64,000 bases of DNA from an uncultured Alphaproteobacteria bacterium (lineage in GTDB: Bacteria; Pseudomonadota; Alphaproteobacteria; Rhizobiales; Beijerinckiaceae), in contig CAVXVZ010000011.1 in assembly GCA_963765375.1 (NCBI GenBank), positions 272,956-336,955 on the forward strand, given 5' to 3'. Shown one piece after another: positions 17,077 through 26,327 of the stretch. The number at the start of each line of letters is the position of its first letter. Position 1 is the stretch's first letter. Position numbers and translations under genes: made by a program. Under the pieces are notes generated by a model that searched no databases, was not told where the DNA came from, and worked only from the letters and a program-made list of their open reading frames with translations.

Positions 17077-17572
17077 CGACGACCGCCCGGATGAACAGAC
17101 GCTCTTCCGCCGCCAGATTGGCGGCGACCGGCTGCCCGATATCGAGGCAATGAACGAGCAGCGCCCCGTTTTCGTCAGTTCCGGTCGGGAGCGTCCCCGG
17201 CATCAGGCTGGAGAGCGCACAGAATGCGCTTCGCGCGCCGCCTGCGGGCAAGCGCAACGGGCAAGCCACGAATGCTGGCCGCAGTTGCAACTTCGGATTG
17301 AGCGCCCGCCATGCGACGTCCGTACCGGAAACAATAGATTGGCGAAAAAAGCTCGCCGCAAGAGACGCCAACGCTGCAATTCTCAGCCGCGATCCTCCGG
17401 GCGGCGAGAAGCGCAGGCTGGTCCAGGTCGCGCCCGCCACCGCGGCGAGGCCAACGGGAAGGTCGGCCGGCGCCCAGCCCGAAACCATGAGCCAGAAGGC
17501 GAGGAAAAGCGCCGCCCGGAAGGCGGCGGCCCGGTTGAGGCCGACCGTGGAATCGCCCGTGGCGGCGCTCAA
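17069..17572 (-). CDS. mrpE: Mrp/Mnh antiporter subunit E
   Basis: 167 aa, first gene of the operon. ALFLAFWLMVSG and the C-terminal LMPGTLPTGTDENGALLVHCLD are typical of MnhE (TLTPGT...L.VH). Confidence 0.8.
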   Translation of the reverse strand: MSAATGDSTVGLNRAAAFRAALFLAFWLMVSGWAPADLPVGLAAVAGATWTSLRFSPPGGSRLRIAALASLAASFFRQSIVSGTDVAWRALNPKLQLRPAFVACPLRLPAGGARSAFCALSSLMPGTLPTGTDENGALLVHCLDIGQPVAANLAAEERLFIRAVVGE

Positions 17573-17917
17573 CGGTCAAATCCAGCGCGTGCTCGCAACT
17601 CGATTCGCGATTGCGGCCCGGGAAGGAGCCGCAGGCCGGAAATCCGCCCAGGGCGGTCGTTTGCGTGGGTCGGCATCCGAGACTGCAATCCGCCTGCTGC
17701 GACGCAGCGCAGACCTATCATGTTCCCCGAAACAGGGGAAGCATCGGGGCGAGCGCGCCGAGATGCGCCGGCTCAGGAAGGCGCCCCCGGACGAAGCGAA
17801 GAAAAAGACTTGGAAAAGCTACGCTCAGAATAGGTCGGCCGTCATCGCGCCAATGGCCGGGAGCCGCAAGTCGAAGGCAAGATTCGAGCGGCAGACCTCG
17901 AGCCGCGAGCCATGGAC

Positions 17918-17951
17918 AAAAAACGAGGGGGGCCGCATCGATCGGCCCCCC
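17918..17951 (-). terminator. Rho-independent terminator downstream of the His-rich protein gene
   Basis: A perfect 9-bp GC stem, GGGGGGCCG (17927-17935) pairing with CGGCCCCCC (17943-17951), with a 7-nt loop. On the minus strand it is followed by TCGTTTTTTG (the A-run at 17918-23 on the plus strand). Confidence 0.75.
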
Positions 17952-17998
17952 AACAACCCCTTTTGATTCGCGCCGAGCCCGTGGCGCGTGCTGATTGA

Positions 17999-18262
17999 TC
18001 AGCTCTTCGGAGCCTCCGCCGGCGCCGCCGGCTTCGTGCGCATGTGGTGCATGTGGTGGGCCGAAGCTCTGGCGCGGTGCCCGGCTGTGTTGCCCTTGCG
18101 CCGGATGTGGCCACGATGCGAGCCGGTGTGCTTAGCCGCCGGGGAGGCCATGCTCGTATCCGGAGTGGCGGCGGCCTGAGCCAGCTGCTCGGTCTGGGCC
18201 ACGGCGGCCAGGGGCGCCAAAGCGATGACGGCGCCGAGGCCGATCGCGACAAGTTTGTTCAT
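17999..18262 (-). CDS. Small secreted His/Arg-rich protein, hypothetical
   Basis: 87 aa with signal peptide MNKLVAIGLGAVIALAPLAAVAQT. The mature part is His-rich (HTGSHRGHIRRKGNTAGHRARASAHHMHHMRTK). It has an SD (AGAGGAA) upstream and a strong terminator downstream. Confidence 0.65.
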   Translation of the reverse strand: MNKLVAIGLGAVIALAPLAAVAQTEQLAQAAATPDTSMASPAAKHTGSHRGHIRRKGNTAGHRARASAHHMHHMRTKPAAPAEAPKS

Positions 18263-18974
18263 AATTGCAGTTCCTCTTGAAGCGAGTCTTCCGACTCTTG
18301 TTTCTCGAACATTCTCAATCTGCGCTTGCCATGATGAATTGGAGATGAATGTCGAGTTATCGCGGCCCGGCGACAGTCAGGACCCAATATTGTCGCGGTG
18401 GACCGAGAGCCCGCCAGCGGCAGGCGATGGCGCCGACCAAAGGCCGATTTGCTGCACAAGCCGCGTATCAAAGCCCTCGGTTCGGCCGTCCCGAAGAGCG
18501 GCGACATCGGTGATGATTGGACATGAGCGAATGCGAAGCGCGCACTGAAGAGACGGTCGAGTATTTCATAGGGCCTGACGCCAAGCCTTGGTTGCGGGAA
18601 ACTTAGCTTTGAATAAAGTGCTCCGCTGTCCATGAAGCAATCAAAGCCGTCTTAATGGAGCCAGCAGCCGGCGGAGACCCAAACAAGCGTTTTGCTCCGA
18701 GAAACCGCAGCCGCTTCATGACGAATTGTGAACAGTGTTAGCAATATGCCTCCACATTTGTGTTAGTTGGCGCCGCTGCGCCGCGGAGGCTACGTCACCG
18801 CCGGGCATGTCTTTTCAGTCTTCGGCATGTCAGGGCCAACGCCCAAACCAGAAATAGTGGTCGCGTGTCGCTGGGCCAGCGCGTGGCGTCTCGGCGTTGA
18901 CGGAGCGGACGCTGGCTTGCGGGGGAATAGTCCGGGAGCGATACGATCACGATTGTCGCCGGAGGCGGCCTCTG

Positions 18975-19715
18975 ATGAACCGGACGAGCAAGGACATCGC
19001 CGATCTCGCCGGCGCCTCCGCGCCGCGCGTTCTCATCGTTGAGGAGGAGGCCGATCTGGCGTTGCTCATCGGCTATAACCTCGAGGCGGAAGGCTACATC
19101 GTCGAAAGCGTGGGGCGCGGCGATGAAGCCGAATTGCGGCTGGCCGAAAACGCGCCCGACCTCGTCATCCTCGACTGGATGCTGCCCGGCGTATCGGGGA
19201 TTGAAATTTGCCGGCGATTGCGGACCCGGGAGGCCACACGCACCTTGCCGGTCATCATGGTGACCGCCCGCCGCGAGGAGGCGGAGCGGGTGCGGGGACT
19301 AGCAATCGGCGCCGACGACTATGTCGTCAAGCCATTCTCGGTGCCTGAGCTGATGGCGCGGGTACGGGCGCTGCTGCGGCGCAGCCGACCGGAGCGCATC
19401 GCCGAGCGCCTCTATGCCGGCGACCTCGATCTGGATCGGGTCACCAGGCTCGTTCGGCGCAGCGATCGCGTCATTCACCTTGGACCGACCGACTTCCGGC
19501 TGTTGGAATATTTGCTCGAACGGCCAGGCCGGGTGTTCTCGCGCGCCCAACTGCTCGATTTGGTTTGGGGGCGGTCGGCGGAAATCGACGAACGCACGGT
19601 CGACGTGCACATCGGGCGCCTGCGCAAAAGGCTGTCGAAGGGCCGCGAGCGCGACCCGATCCGCACCGTGCGCGGCGCGGGCTACGCCTTCGACGAAGGC
19701 TTCCGCAGGAGCTGA
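18975..19715 (+). CDS. OmpR/PhoB-family response regulator (receiver plus winged-helix), with no adjacent kinase
   Basis: ATG at 18975 preceded by GGAGGCGG; the track start at 18897 is over-extended. It has RVLIVEEEADLA...DLVILDWMLPGVSGIEICRRLR (phospho-acceptor Asp), ADDYVVKPFSVPELMARVRALLRR and LGPTDFRLLEYLLERPGRVFSRAQLLDLVWG..RTVDVHIGRLRKRL. Confidence 0.9.
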   Translation: MNRTSKDIADLAGASAPRVLIVEEEADLALLIGYNLEAEGYIVESVGRGDEAELRLAENAPDLVILDWMLPGVSGIEICRRLRTREATRTLPVIMVTARREEAERVRGLAIGADDYVVKPFSVPELMARVRALLRRSRPERIAERLYAGDLDLDRVTRLVRRSDRVIHLGPTDFRLLEYLLERPGRVFSRAQLLDLVWGRSAEIDERTVDVHIGRLRKRLSKGRERDPIRTVRGAGYAFDEGFRRS

Positions 19716-19812
19716 AGGCGCCACGGTCGGACTTGCGCCGGACGGCCGGCGGGTCGGTCTGGACTCGAAGTTCGCGCGTTGCGGCTGCCGTCGATGCGAC
19801 GTAGAACGGCGC

Positions 19813-21111
19813 ATGGCCCACAGAGCAGGAAGCGCCGATCTGCCGCTCCATGGCGGACGGGTGCCGCCGTGGCTGGCGGATCGCATGACCCGCCTTGGCG
19901 CGGTCATCGCCGAGGCGATCGTGCATCACTACGGCCGCGACGAGTTCCTTCGCCGCCTTGCTCATCCGTTTTGGTTTCAATCTTTCGGCTCGGTCATGGG
20001 CATGGACTGGCACTCGTCCGGGATCACGACAAGTGTCATCGGAGCCCTGAAACGCGGTCTTCAGCCGCTGGCGGCCGAACTCGGCGTCCATGTCTGCGGC
20101 GGCCGCGGCAAGCATTCGCGCAAAACGCCCGACGAACTGGCTGCGATCGGCGAGCGAGCGGGGTTCGACGGATTGGCGCTCGCCAGTCTCAGCCGATTGG
20201 TCGCGAAGGTCGATAGCGCCGCCGTGCAGGATGGCTTCGACCTCTATCTGCACGGCTTCATCGTAACCGATGATGCCCGCTGGGCGGTGGTCCAGCAGGG
20301 CAAGAACGACGCGAGCCGGACCGCTCGCCGCTATCATTGGCTGAGCGAAGGATTGAAGAGTTTCGTCGATGAGCCGCACGCGGCGATTGACGGAATCCAT
20401 CAAGGCGAAATCGTCAACTTGACGGATCGCCGGGCGGACATGTCCCGCCGAGGCCAGCTCGAACTGTTGCAGTCCTTGGGTCCGGACGGCCTGGCGCATG
20501 AACTCGCCCTAATCGAGGCAAAACCTCGGAAGCCCACGCCGAACTCCGATCCCCGCCAGCTTTCTCTGCCGCATCTCGTCATGCCCGCTCATCATGACGT
20601 CCGCGCGACCGATGTGCTGCCGCCACGCCTTCACGCGAGCCTCACTGCCGCCGCGAATCTTGGACCGGCGGACTTCAGTGAATTGCTTCTCGTGCCGGGC
20701 GTCGGCGCGCGGACGGTGCGCGCGCTGGCGATGGTGGCTGAGGTGGTTCACGGCGCGCCTTATCGTTTCACCGATCCTGCCCGCTTCTCGTTCGCGCATG
20801 GCGGGAAGGACCGGCATCCCTTCCCAGTGCCGCTCAGGGTTTATGACGAGACGATCGAGGTCATGAAGGCTGCGGTGCAAAACGCCAAGCTCGGGCGAGA
20901 CGACATGCTCGCCGCGGTCAAGCGGCTCGACGACGAGGCCCGGCGGGTCGAGAGAAGCGCGGTCGGACCGCCGCTCACGGATCTGATCGCCGAAGAGCGG
21001 CGGCTCTCGCATTCGCTCGCTGGCCGCAGCGTCTTTGGATGGGAGGGGCCGCCGGAAGCGGTCCTGACGCCGCCCGAGCCCCTTGCGCGTCGGCAAAGCA
21101 GCCGACCCTAG
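19813..21111 (+). CDS. DUF763-family protein
   Basis: Probable start is the ATG at 19813 (MAHRAGSADLPLHGGRVPPWLADRMTRLGAVI...) inside track ORF 19414..21111. The N-terminal SADLPLHGG+VP.WL..RM..LG and MDWHSSGITTSV motifs are what I recall for DUF763. Confidence 0.7.
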   Translation: MAHRAGSADLPLHGGRVPPWLADRMTRLGAVIAEAIVHHYGRDEFLRRLAHPFWFQSFGSVMGMDWHSSGITTSVIGALKRGLQPLAAELGVHVCGGRGKHSRKTPDELAAIGERAGFDGLALASLSRLVAKVDSAAVQDGFDLYLHGFIVTDDARWAVVQQGKNDASRTARRYHWLSEGLKSFVDEPHAAIDGIHQGEIVNLTDRRADMSRRGQLELLQSLGPDGLAHELALIEAKPRKPTPNSDPRQLSLPHLVMPAHHDVRATDVLPPRLHASLTAAANLGPADFSELLLVPGVGARTVRALAMVAEVVHGAPYRFTDPARFSFAHGGKDRHPFPVPLRVYDETIEVMKAAVQNAKLGRDDMLAAVKRLDDEARRVERSAVGPPLTDLIAEERRLSHSLAGRSVFGWEGPPEAVLTPPEPLARRQSSRP

Positions 21112-21275
21112 GTTGATTGCGTCGCCGCTTTGGTCTCGGGAGCGACGTCGGTTCCGTCAAAAGGGGTTTCGTTCTAACAACATATCTCTCTCCAGCTGGC
21201 GAACGGCTCCGTCATCCGGGACCGGCCAATCGCCGCACGGACGACCATAGCTCAAGACCTGCACTCAATCCGCCA

Positions 21276-22796
21276 ATGACATCCGACTTGACCGCCAACG
21301 CTAGCATGCTTGCGCGCGATCCGCTCATCAGCGGTTTCGCGCTGATCATGGCCGGCGTCATCATTGGTCGAATGCTGTTCAAGCAACAGCCGATGTGGCG
21401 CGTCGTCGCGCGGATCATATTCCTGGGCTTGCTGACCCTGCTGCTGCTCCATGACGGGATCGTCCCTTATCAGCCCCTGCAGATCACTGGCACTCCCTAT
21501 CGCGACCTGATTGCGGGTACGCTGAAGATCGCCTGGTGGCTATGGGCGGCTTGGTTCTTCGTCGCTTTGGTTCGGGCGGTCGTCATCCTCGAAGGGCGGC
21601 CACGCGAAGGCCGGCTGATTCAAGACATCCTTTCCGCCCTCATCTATCTGGCGGCGGCCTTCGCCATTGTCGCTTACGTGTTCGATCTTCCTGTCCAAGG
21701 CCTGCTCGCCACCTCAGGCGCAATCGCCATCGTCCTCGGTCTGGCGCTGCAGAGCAGCCTCAATGATGTCTTTTCCGGCCTCGTGCTCAGTCTCAGCCGC
21801 CCCTACCGGCCGGGGGACTGGATCAAATTCGAGGGCGGAACGGAGGGCCGGATCGTCGAATTGAACTGGCGAGCGACGCATGTCCTGACGGCGCGACAGG
21901 ATCTGGCGATCGTGCCCAACAGCACCATCGCAAAATCCAAGATCGTGAATTTGAACTACCCTTCCGCGCTCCACGGAATCACGATCGAGGTTCGGCTGAG
22001 CGCCCCGCCGGCGAGCGGCAAAGCGATTCTGGAGCTCGCCCTGCTCAACTCGCAACTGATCATGACCTACCCCGCGCCCAGTGTTCTCGTCTCGTCCATC
22101 GACGCGAGGCAAACACAATTTGAAGTCACATTCTTCCTGGCGCAGCAGGATTCCGACGTGGCGGCGCAGAACGAGCTTTTCGATCTCATCTTTCGCCACA
22201 CGGTCGCAGCGGGCGCCCGTCTTGCGCCGCCGAAGGAGGCCCCCTATCAACCTCGCGACGATGAACCGCTCCGCGTAGAACACCTGAATCCCGCCGCTAT
22301 CCTCGATCTGGCGGAAATATTCGTCAGCCTGACGTCAAACGAGCGGGCGGCAATCGCGGCAAAGCTGAAAGCGGCTTCGTACGAGAAGGGAGAGGTCTTG
22401 GTGAAGCCTGACGATGTGCTGCAGTCGCTTTTCGTCGTCGGCAGCGGCGTTCTGGAGGCGACCCGGCGCAACAGCGACAGCGAGAACGACCAGTTGCGAT
22501 TTGGACCGGGAGAATATTTTGGCGAGATGGGGCTGCTCGCGGGAACCCCAGCCGGCGCGACGATCGCCGCGCTCGCTCCCTCGATCGTCTACGAGCTCAC
22601 GAAAGCCGACCTTCGCCCGACTCTCGAGGCGAGGCCCGAGATCGCCCAGGAACTTTGTCGCGCGTTGGCTCGGCGGCTCGCGGCGGGCCACGGGCTGTCC
22701 AAAAGCGCTGTCGAAGCGGCGGTCCCCGCGAAGGGATTGAGCGCTTGGCTGTCCGTCCAAATACACCGGCTCTACGAGCTCAACAGCGCGAAGTGA
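21276..22796 (+). CDS. MscS-family mechanosensitive channel with a C-terminal cyclic-nucleotide-binding domain (bCNG type)
   Basis: ATG at 21276 (MTSDLTANAS...). The MscS core is GAIAIVLGLALQSSLNDVFSGLVLSLSRPYRPGDWIKFEGGTEGRIVELNWRATHV. The C-terminal cNMP motif is FGPGEYFGEMGLLAGTPAGATIAA. Confidence 0.85.
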   Translation: MTSDLTANASMLARDPLISGFALIMAGVIIGRMLFKQQPMWRVVARIIFLGLLTLLLLHDGIVPYQPLQITGTPYRDLIAGTLKIAWWLWAAWFFVALVRAVVILEGRPREGRLIQDILSALIYLAAAFAIVAYVFDLPVQGLLATSGAIAIVLGLALQSSLNDVFSGLVLSLSRPYRPGDWIKFEGGTEGRIVELNWRATHVLTARQDLAIVPNSTIAKSKIVNLNYPSALHGITIEVRLSAPPASGKAILELALLNSQLIMTYPAPSVLVSSIDARQTQFEVTFFLAQQDSDVAAQNELFDLIFRHTVAAGARLAPPKEAPYQPRDDEPLRVEHLNPAAILDLAEIFVSLTSNERAAIAAKLKAASYEKGEVLVKPDDVLQSLFVVGSGVLEATRRNSDSENDQLRFGPGEYFGEMGLLAGTPAGATIAALAPSIVYELTKADLRPTLEARPEIAQELCRALARRLAAGHGLSKSAVEAAVPAKGLSAWLSVQIHRLYELNSAK

Positions 22797-22863
22797 CCCA
22801 TGGTCCCTTGGCTCAAGCTGGTCGAACGCGGTGAGAGGCCGCCTAGTATGAGCGGGGGACTTA

Positions 22864-23988
22864 ATGGACTCTGACGATCGAGAGACGGAGATGCCGAATC
22901 CTGCAGCCAATGGCGCGGTTGTCGGGCGAGAACAGCATGTGACCGCCGCGCCCTCCGATTCGGCCTCGCCCAAGCGCGAAACGAGCCTTCCGCCGGCGCC
23001 GCAGGTCGCGCGCGGGCCCGCCCTCGTCGTTGCACTCATAGTGGCGGCGACCGTTGGCCTATCGCTCTGGTATCTCGTTCAGCCACAACAATTGATCATC
23101 CAGGGCGAAGCGGACGCGACGCGCATCGACATCGCCGCGCGCGTCGACGGCAGGGTCGGCGAGCGTCCGGTCGAGCGCGGCGACAATGTCGCCGCCGGTC
23201 AATTGCTGTACAAAATCGACAATCCAGAACTTGTGACAAAGCTCAAGGAAGCGGAAGCCGGGCTGGCGGTCGCCTCGGCCCAGCTCGCCAACATCCTGGC
23301 CGGCACCCGCGCCGAAGTGATCGATGAGCGCAAGGCCGCGGTCGAGAACGCCTCCGCCAATCTGACGCTCGCTCAGCAGACCTACGATCGCCTTAAGGCC
23401 CTGACTGCGCCAGGATTCTCCCCGGTCCAGAAGCTCGACGAGGCGACCGACCAGCTACGTGTCGCCGAGCACAGTCTCGATCAGGCCAAGCTCGCCGAAC
23501 AGGAGGCCATCGCTGGCCCCACGAAGGAGGAGCGCGGCATCGCCCGCGCCAATGTGGTCCAGGCGCAAGCCACGATCGACACGACCAAGGCGCAGGTCGA
23601 TGAGCTTACTGTCAAGGCGCCGATTGCCTCGCAGGTCTATCAGATCGGCGCCGAGATCGGCGAATATGTCTCTCCGGGAGTGCCGCTTCTGTCGCTCGTT
23701 GATCTCAACGACGTGTGGCTGCGCTTCGACCTCCGCGAAGACCTCGTCAAAGGCCTGAAGGCAGGCGACCAATTCCAGATGCGCGTCCCCGCGCTCGGCG
23801 ACAGGGTGATTACGGCGGCGGTCAAGGTCATCGCCGCCAAGGGCGAATATGCGGGCTGGCGCGCCACCCGAGCGACCGGCGACTTCGACCTGCGCACGTT
23901 CCAGGTTCGCGCTTATCCGGTCGAGCCAATTCCTGAACTCAGGCCCGGGATGAGCGTCTACGCCGTCTGGCCCGGCGGCGGGCGATGA
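22864..23988 (+). CDS. HlyD-family secretion/adaptor protein (single N-terminal TM)
   Basis: 374 aa with a TM helix ALVVALIVAATVGLSLWYLV. It also has GRVGERPVERGDNVAAGQLLYKIDNPEL, a long coiled coil, then KAPIASQVYQIGAEIGEYVSPGVPLLSLVDLNDVWL. Its end overlaps the next gene (23985). Confidence 0.85.
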   Translation: MDSDDRETEMPNPAANGAVVGREQHVTAAPSDSASPKRETSLPPAPQVARGPALVVALIVAATVGLSLWYLVQPQQLIIQGEADATRIDIAARVDGRVGERPVERGDNVAAGQLLYKIDNPELVTKLKEAEAGLAVASAQLANILAGTRAEVIDERKAAVENASANLTLAQQTYDRLKALTAPGFSPVQKLDEATDQLRVAEHSLDQAKLAEQEAIAGPTKEERGIARANVVQAQATIDTTKAQVDELTVKAPIASQVYQIGAEIGEYVSPGVPLLSLVDLNDVWLRFDLREDLVKGLKAGDQFQMRVPALGDRVITAAVKVIAAKGEYAGWRATRATGDFDLRTFQVRAYPVEPIPELRPGMSVYAVWPGGGR

Positions 23989-26327
23989 AGGCGCCGCCGC
24001 GCCCAGGTTTCCTTCTTGTCGTAGCCCGCGAGTGGCGATGGATGCGGCGCGACCGCCTGGCGCTGTTCCTGGCGATCGCGGTGCCGGTGTTCGCCTTCGC
24101 TGTTCTGGCCCTGATCTTCAGCAACGCCGTGATCCGCAATCTCAAAGTGACGGTCGTGGACGCCGATCGCTCGCCGACCTCGCTCACCTATGTTCAGGCG
24201 ATCGCTTCGGCGCCCGGGATCAGCGTCGCGGAGCGTTCCGGCGATATGACGAGCGCCATGCACGCCATCCGCTCGGGCGACGCTATTGCGGCGATCTATA
24301 TTCCGGAGAATTTCGAGCGCGACCTTGCCGCGGAGCGACGACCACGGATCGTCGCTCTTTACAACCGACAATATTTCACTCCCGGCAACAGCGCCGCGTC
24401 GGCAATCTCCAACGCGGTCGCCGCGGCCACCGCGACGCTGCCTCGCCCACCCGAAAGCGGCGCGCGGTTCGCCCCGGGGTCGCTCGTAGTCGAGCAGTAC
24501 GTTCTCACCAACCCGGCTCAGAACTACGCCCAGTTCTTACTGCGCGCCATTCTGCCGACCGTTCTTCACGTCGTCGTCGCGATCTCCGCCGGGTATGCGG
24601 TCGGGTCCGAGTTTTCACGACGCAGCTTGCGCGCGTGGCTCAAGGCAGCCGGCGGAAGCCCCCTCACCGCGCTTGTCGGCAAGTTTGCGCCGCTGTTTGC
24701 GATTTTTATGATGATGCTCGTCGCCGACGCCGGCGTTATCCACGGCCTCTACAATGTTCCCTTTCGCGGCGATCCGGTGCTGATGGGGGCCGCGGCCTGC
24801 CTGCTCGTCATCTCCTATCTTTCGCTCGGCGCACTGTTTCAGCTTCTTACCCGAAATCTCGCGCTCGGCATGAGCGTGACCGCGATCATATGCAATCCTG
24901 CCTTTGGCTTCGCCGGCGTCGGATTCCCGGTGCTGGCGATGAACGGCTTCGCCCGCTTCTGGGGCTCCCTCTTGCCCTTGCGCTGGTACATCCAGATTCT
25001 GTTCGACCAGGCGGTGCGCGGATTGCCGCCGTCGAGCTCTGTGCCGCCCTTCATGATCCTTGGCGGGCTCGCAATCGCGCTGTTCGGGCTTTCCTGGCTA
25101 AGGCTCCGCTCGATCGCCGCGGCGCCCGCTCGCATTTCCGATCCCGAGCCGGTCGAGCCGGCCTTCGCTATCGCGGGGATAGGAGGCGCCATGGCCGCGG
25201 AGATTCGTCGCGTCCTCAACGACCGCGGCGTCTTCGGTCTGATCGTGCTCGCGCCGGTCCTCTACGGCCTGCTTTATCCTCAGCCCTATCTCGGCCAGCT
25301 CCTGCGCGGAATCCCGATCGCGGTCGTCGATCAGGATCACACCGAGCTCAGTCGCGATCTCGTCCAGACCCTGAACGCCGACGAAGCGATTATGGTCGCC
25401 GTCCGCGCCGACACCCTCGCCGACGCGCAGGCGGCGCTGGCGCGGCGCGAGGTGTTCGCGATTGTCGATATCCCGAAGGACACCGAACGGGAGGTGCTGA
25501 AGGGCAATCAAGCCCGCGTGGCCGCTTTCGTCGACTCGGCCTATTTTCTCCTTTTTAGCCGCATGCTGCAGGGCGTCACCGAAGCGACCGGAACCGTCAG
25601 CGCCGACGTCGCCGAGCGCGGAGCGCGAACCGACGGCAGCCTTGCGAACGTGGCGCTCGCGCGCGCCTCCCAGGTCGAGCTGTTGTCGCAGCCGCTGTAC
25701 AACCCCACCGGGGGTTATGCGAGCTACGTCGTTCCCGCCGCCTTCGTCCTCATCCTGCAACAGACGCTGTTTCTCGGGGCCGCGACAGTGGGCGGCGTGG
25801 CGTTCGAGCAGAGCGGACGCTCGGGCCGACTTCGGCGGAGCGGATCGCGAGCGATTCTGGGTCAGGCGTTGGCCCATCTTTGCCTCGCCATGCCCGGGAT
25901 CGCGCTCTATTTGATCATCCTGCCGCGCGTGTACGGTTTCTCGACCCTCGGTCGGCCCATCGAACTGCTCCTGATGGCGATACCTTTCGTGCTGTCGGTG
26001 AGCTTTCTCGCCCAGTTTGTCAGCCTCTGGTTCAAACGACGCGAAACGGCGGTGATCCTGTTCATCGCCGTCAGCCTTCCGCTGTTTTTTCAGGTCGGCG
26101 TCTCCTGGCCGGTTGAGGCCATTCCCGACGCGATCCGCTCGGCGAGCCGCATCTTTCCGAGCACATCGGCGATCGACGGGCTCGTGCGTCTCAACCAGAT
26201 GGGCGCCAGCCTCCACGACGTCTGGCGTGACTGGACGAGCCTATGGATCCTGACCGCCGTCTATGGCCTTCTGGCCATGGTCGCGGGCCGATTCTTCACA
26301 CGCGACGAGACCGCATATGGCGCGTAA
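23985..26327 (+). CDS. Fused double ABC-2-type permease (two YhhJ/ABC2_membrane_3-like halves); no ATPase domain
   Basis: 780-aa ORF. Each half starts with one TM helix, followed by a large soluble loop (VTVVDADRSP... / IAVVDQDHTELS...) and then about 5 TM helices. No Walker A or B motif occurs anywhere in it. Confidence 0.8.
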   Translation: MKAPPRPGFLLVVAREWRWMRRDRLALFLAIAVPVFAFAVLALIFSNAVIRNLKVTVVDADRSPTSLTYVQAIASAPGISVAERSGDMTSAMHAIRSGDAIAAIYIPENFERDLAAERRPRIVALYNRQYFTPGNSAASAISNAVAAATATLPRPPESGARFAPGSLVVEQYVLTNPAQNYAQFLLRAILPTVLHVVVAISAGYAVGSEFSRRSLRAWLKAAGGSPLTALVGKFAPLFAIFMMMLVADAGVIHGLYNVPFRGDPVLMGAAACLLVISYLSLGALFQLLTRNLALGMSVTAIICNPAFGFAGVGFPVLAMNGFARFWGSLLPLRWYIQILFDQAVRGLPPSSSVPPFMILGGLAIALFGLSWLRLRSIAAAPARISDPEPVEPAFAIAGIGGAMAAEIRRVLNDRGVFGLIVLAPVLYGLLYPQPYLGQLLRGIPIAVVDQDHTELSRDLVQTLNADEAIMVAVRADTLADAQAALARREVFAIVDIPKDTEREVLKGNQARVAAFVDSAYFLLFSRMLQGVTEATGTVSADVAERGARTDGSLANVALARASQVELLSQPLYNPTGGYASYVVPAAFVLILQQTLFLGAATVGGVAFEQSGRSGRLRRSGSRAILGQALAHLCLAMPGIALYLIILPRVYGFSTLGRPIELLLMAIPFVLSVSFLAQFVSLWFKRRETAVILFIAVSLPLFFQVGVSWPVEAIPDAIRSASRIFPSTSAIDGLVRLNQMGASLHDVWRDWTSLWILTAVYGLLAMVAGRFFTRDETAYGA

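Noticed and set aside
12066-17572. The Mrp-like cluster as the membrane arm of an Mbh/Mbx hydrogenase or similar respiratory complex
   Set aside because: No NiFe large or small subunit, NuoB/C/D/I-like or ferredoxin-type genes are in the operon or its flanks. The antiporter interpretation is sufficient.
18290-18900. A Pho box or other OmpR-family direct-repeat operator upstream of the PhoB-type regulator
   Set aside because: I found no CTGTCAT-N4-CTGTCAT-like tandem. The only repeat (GTGTTAG-N18-GTGTTAG) has a 25-bp period that does not fit the usual 10-11 or 21-22 bp spacing.
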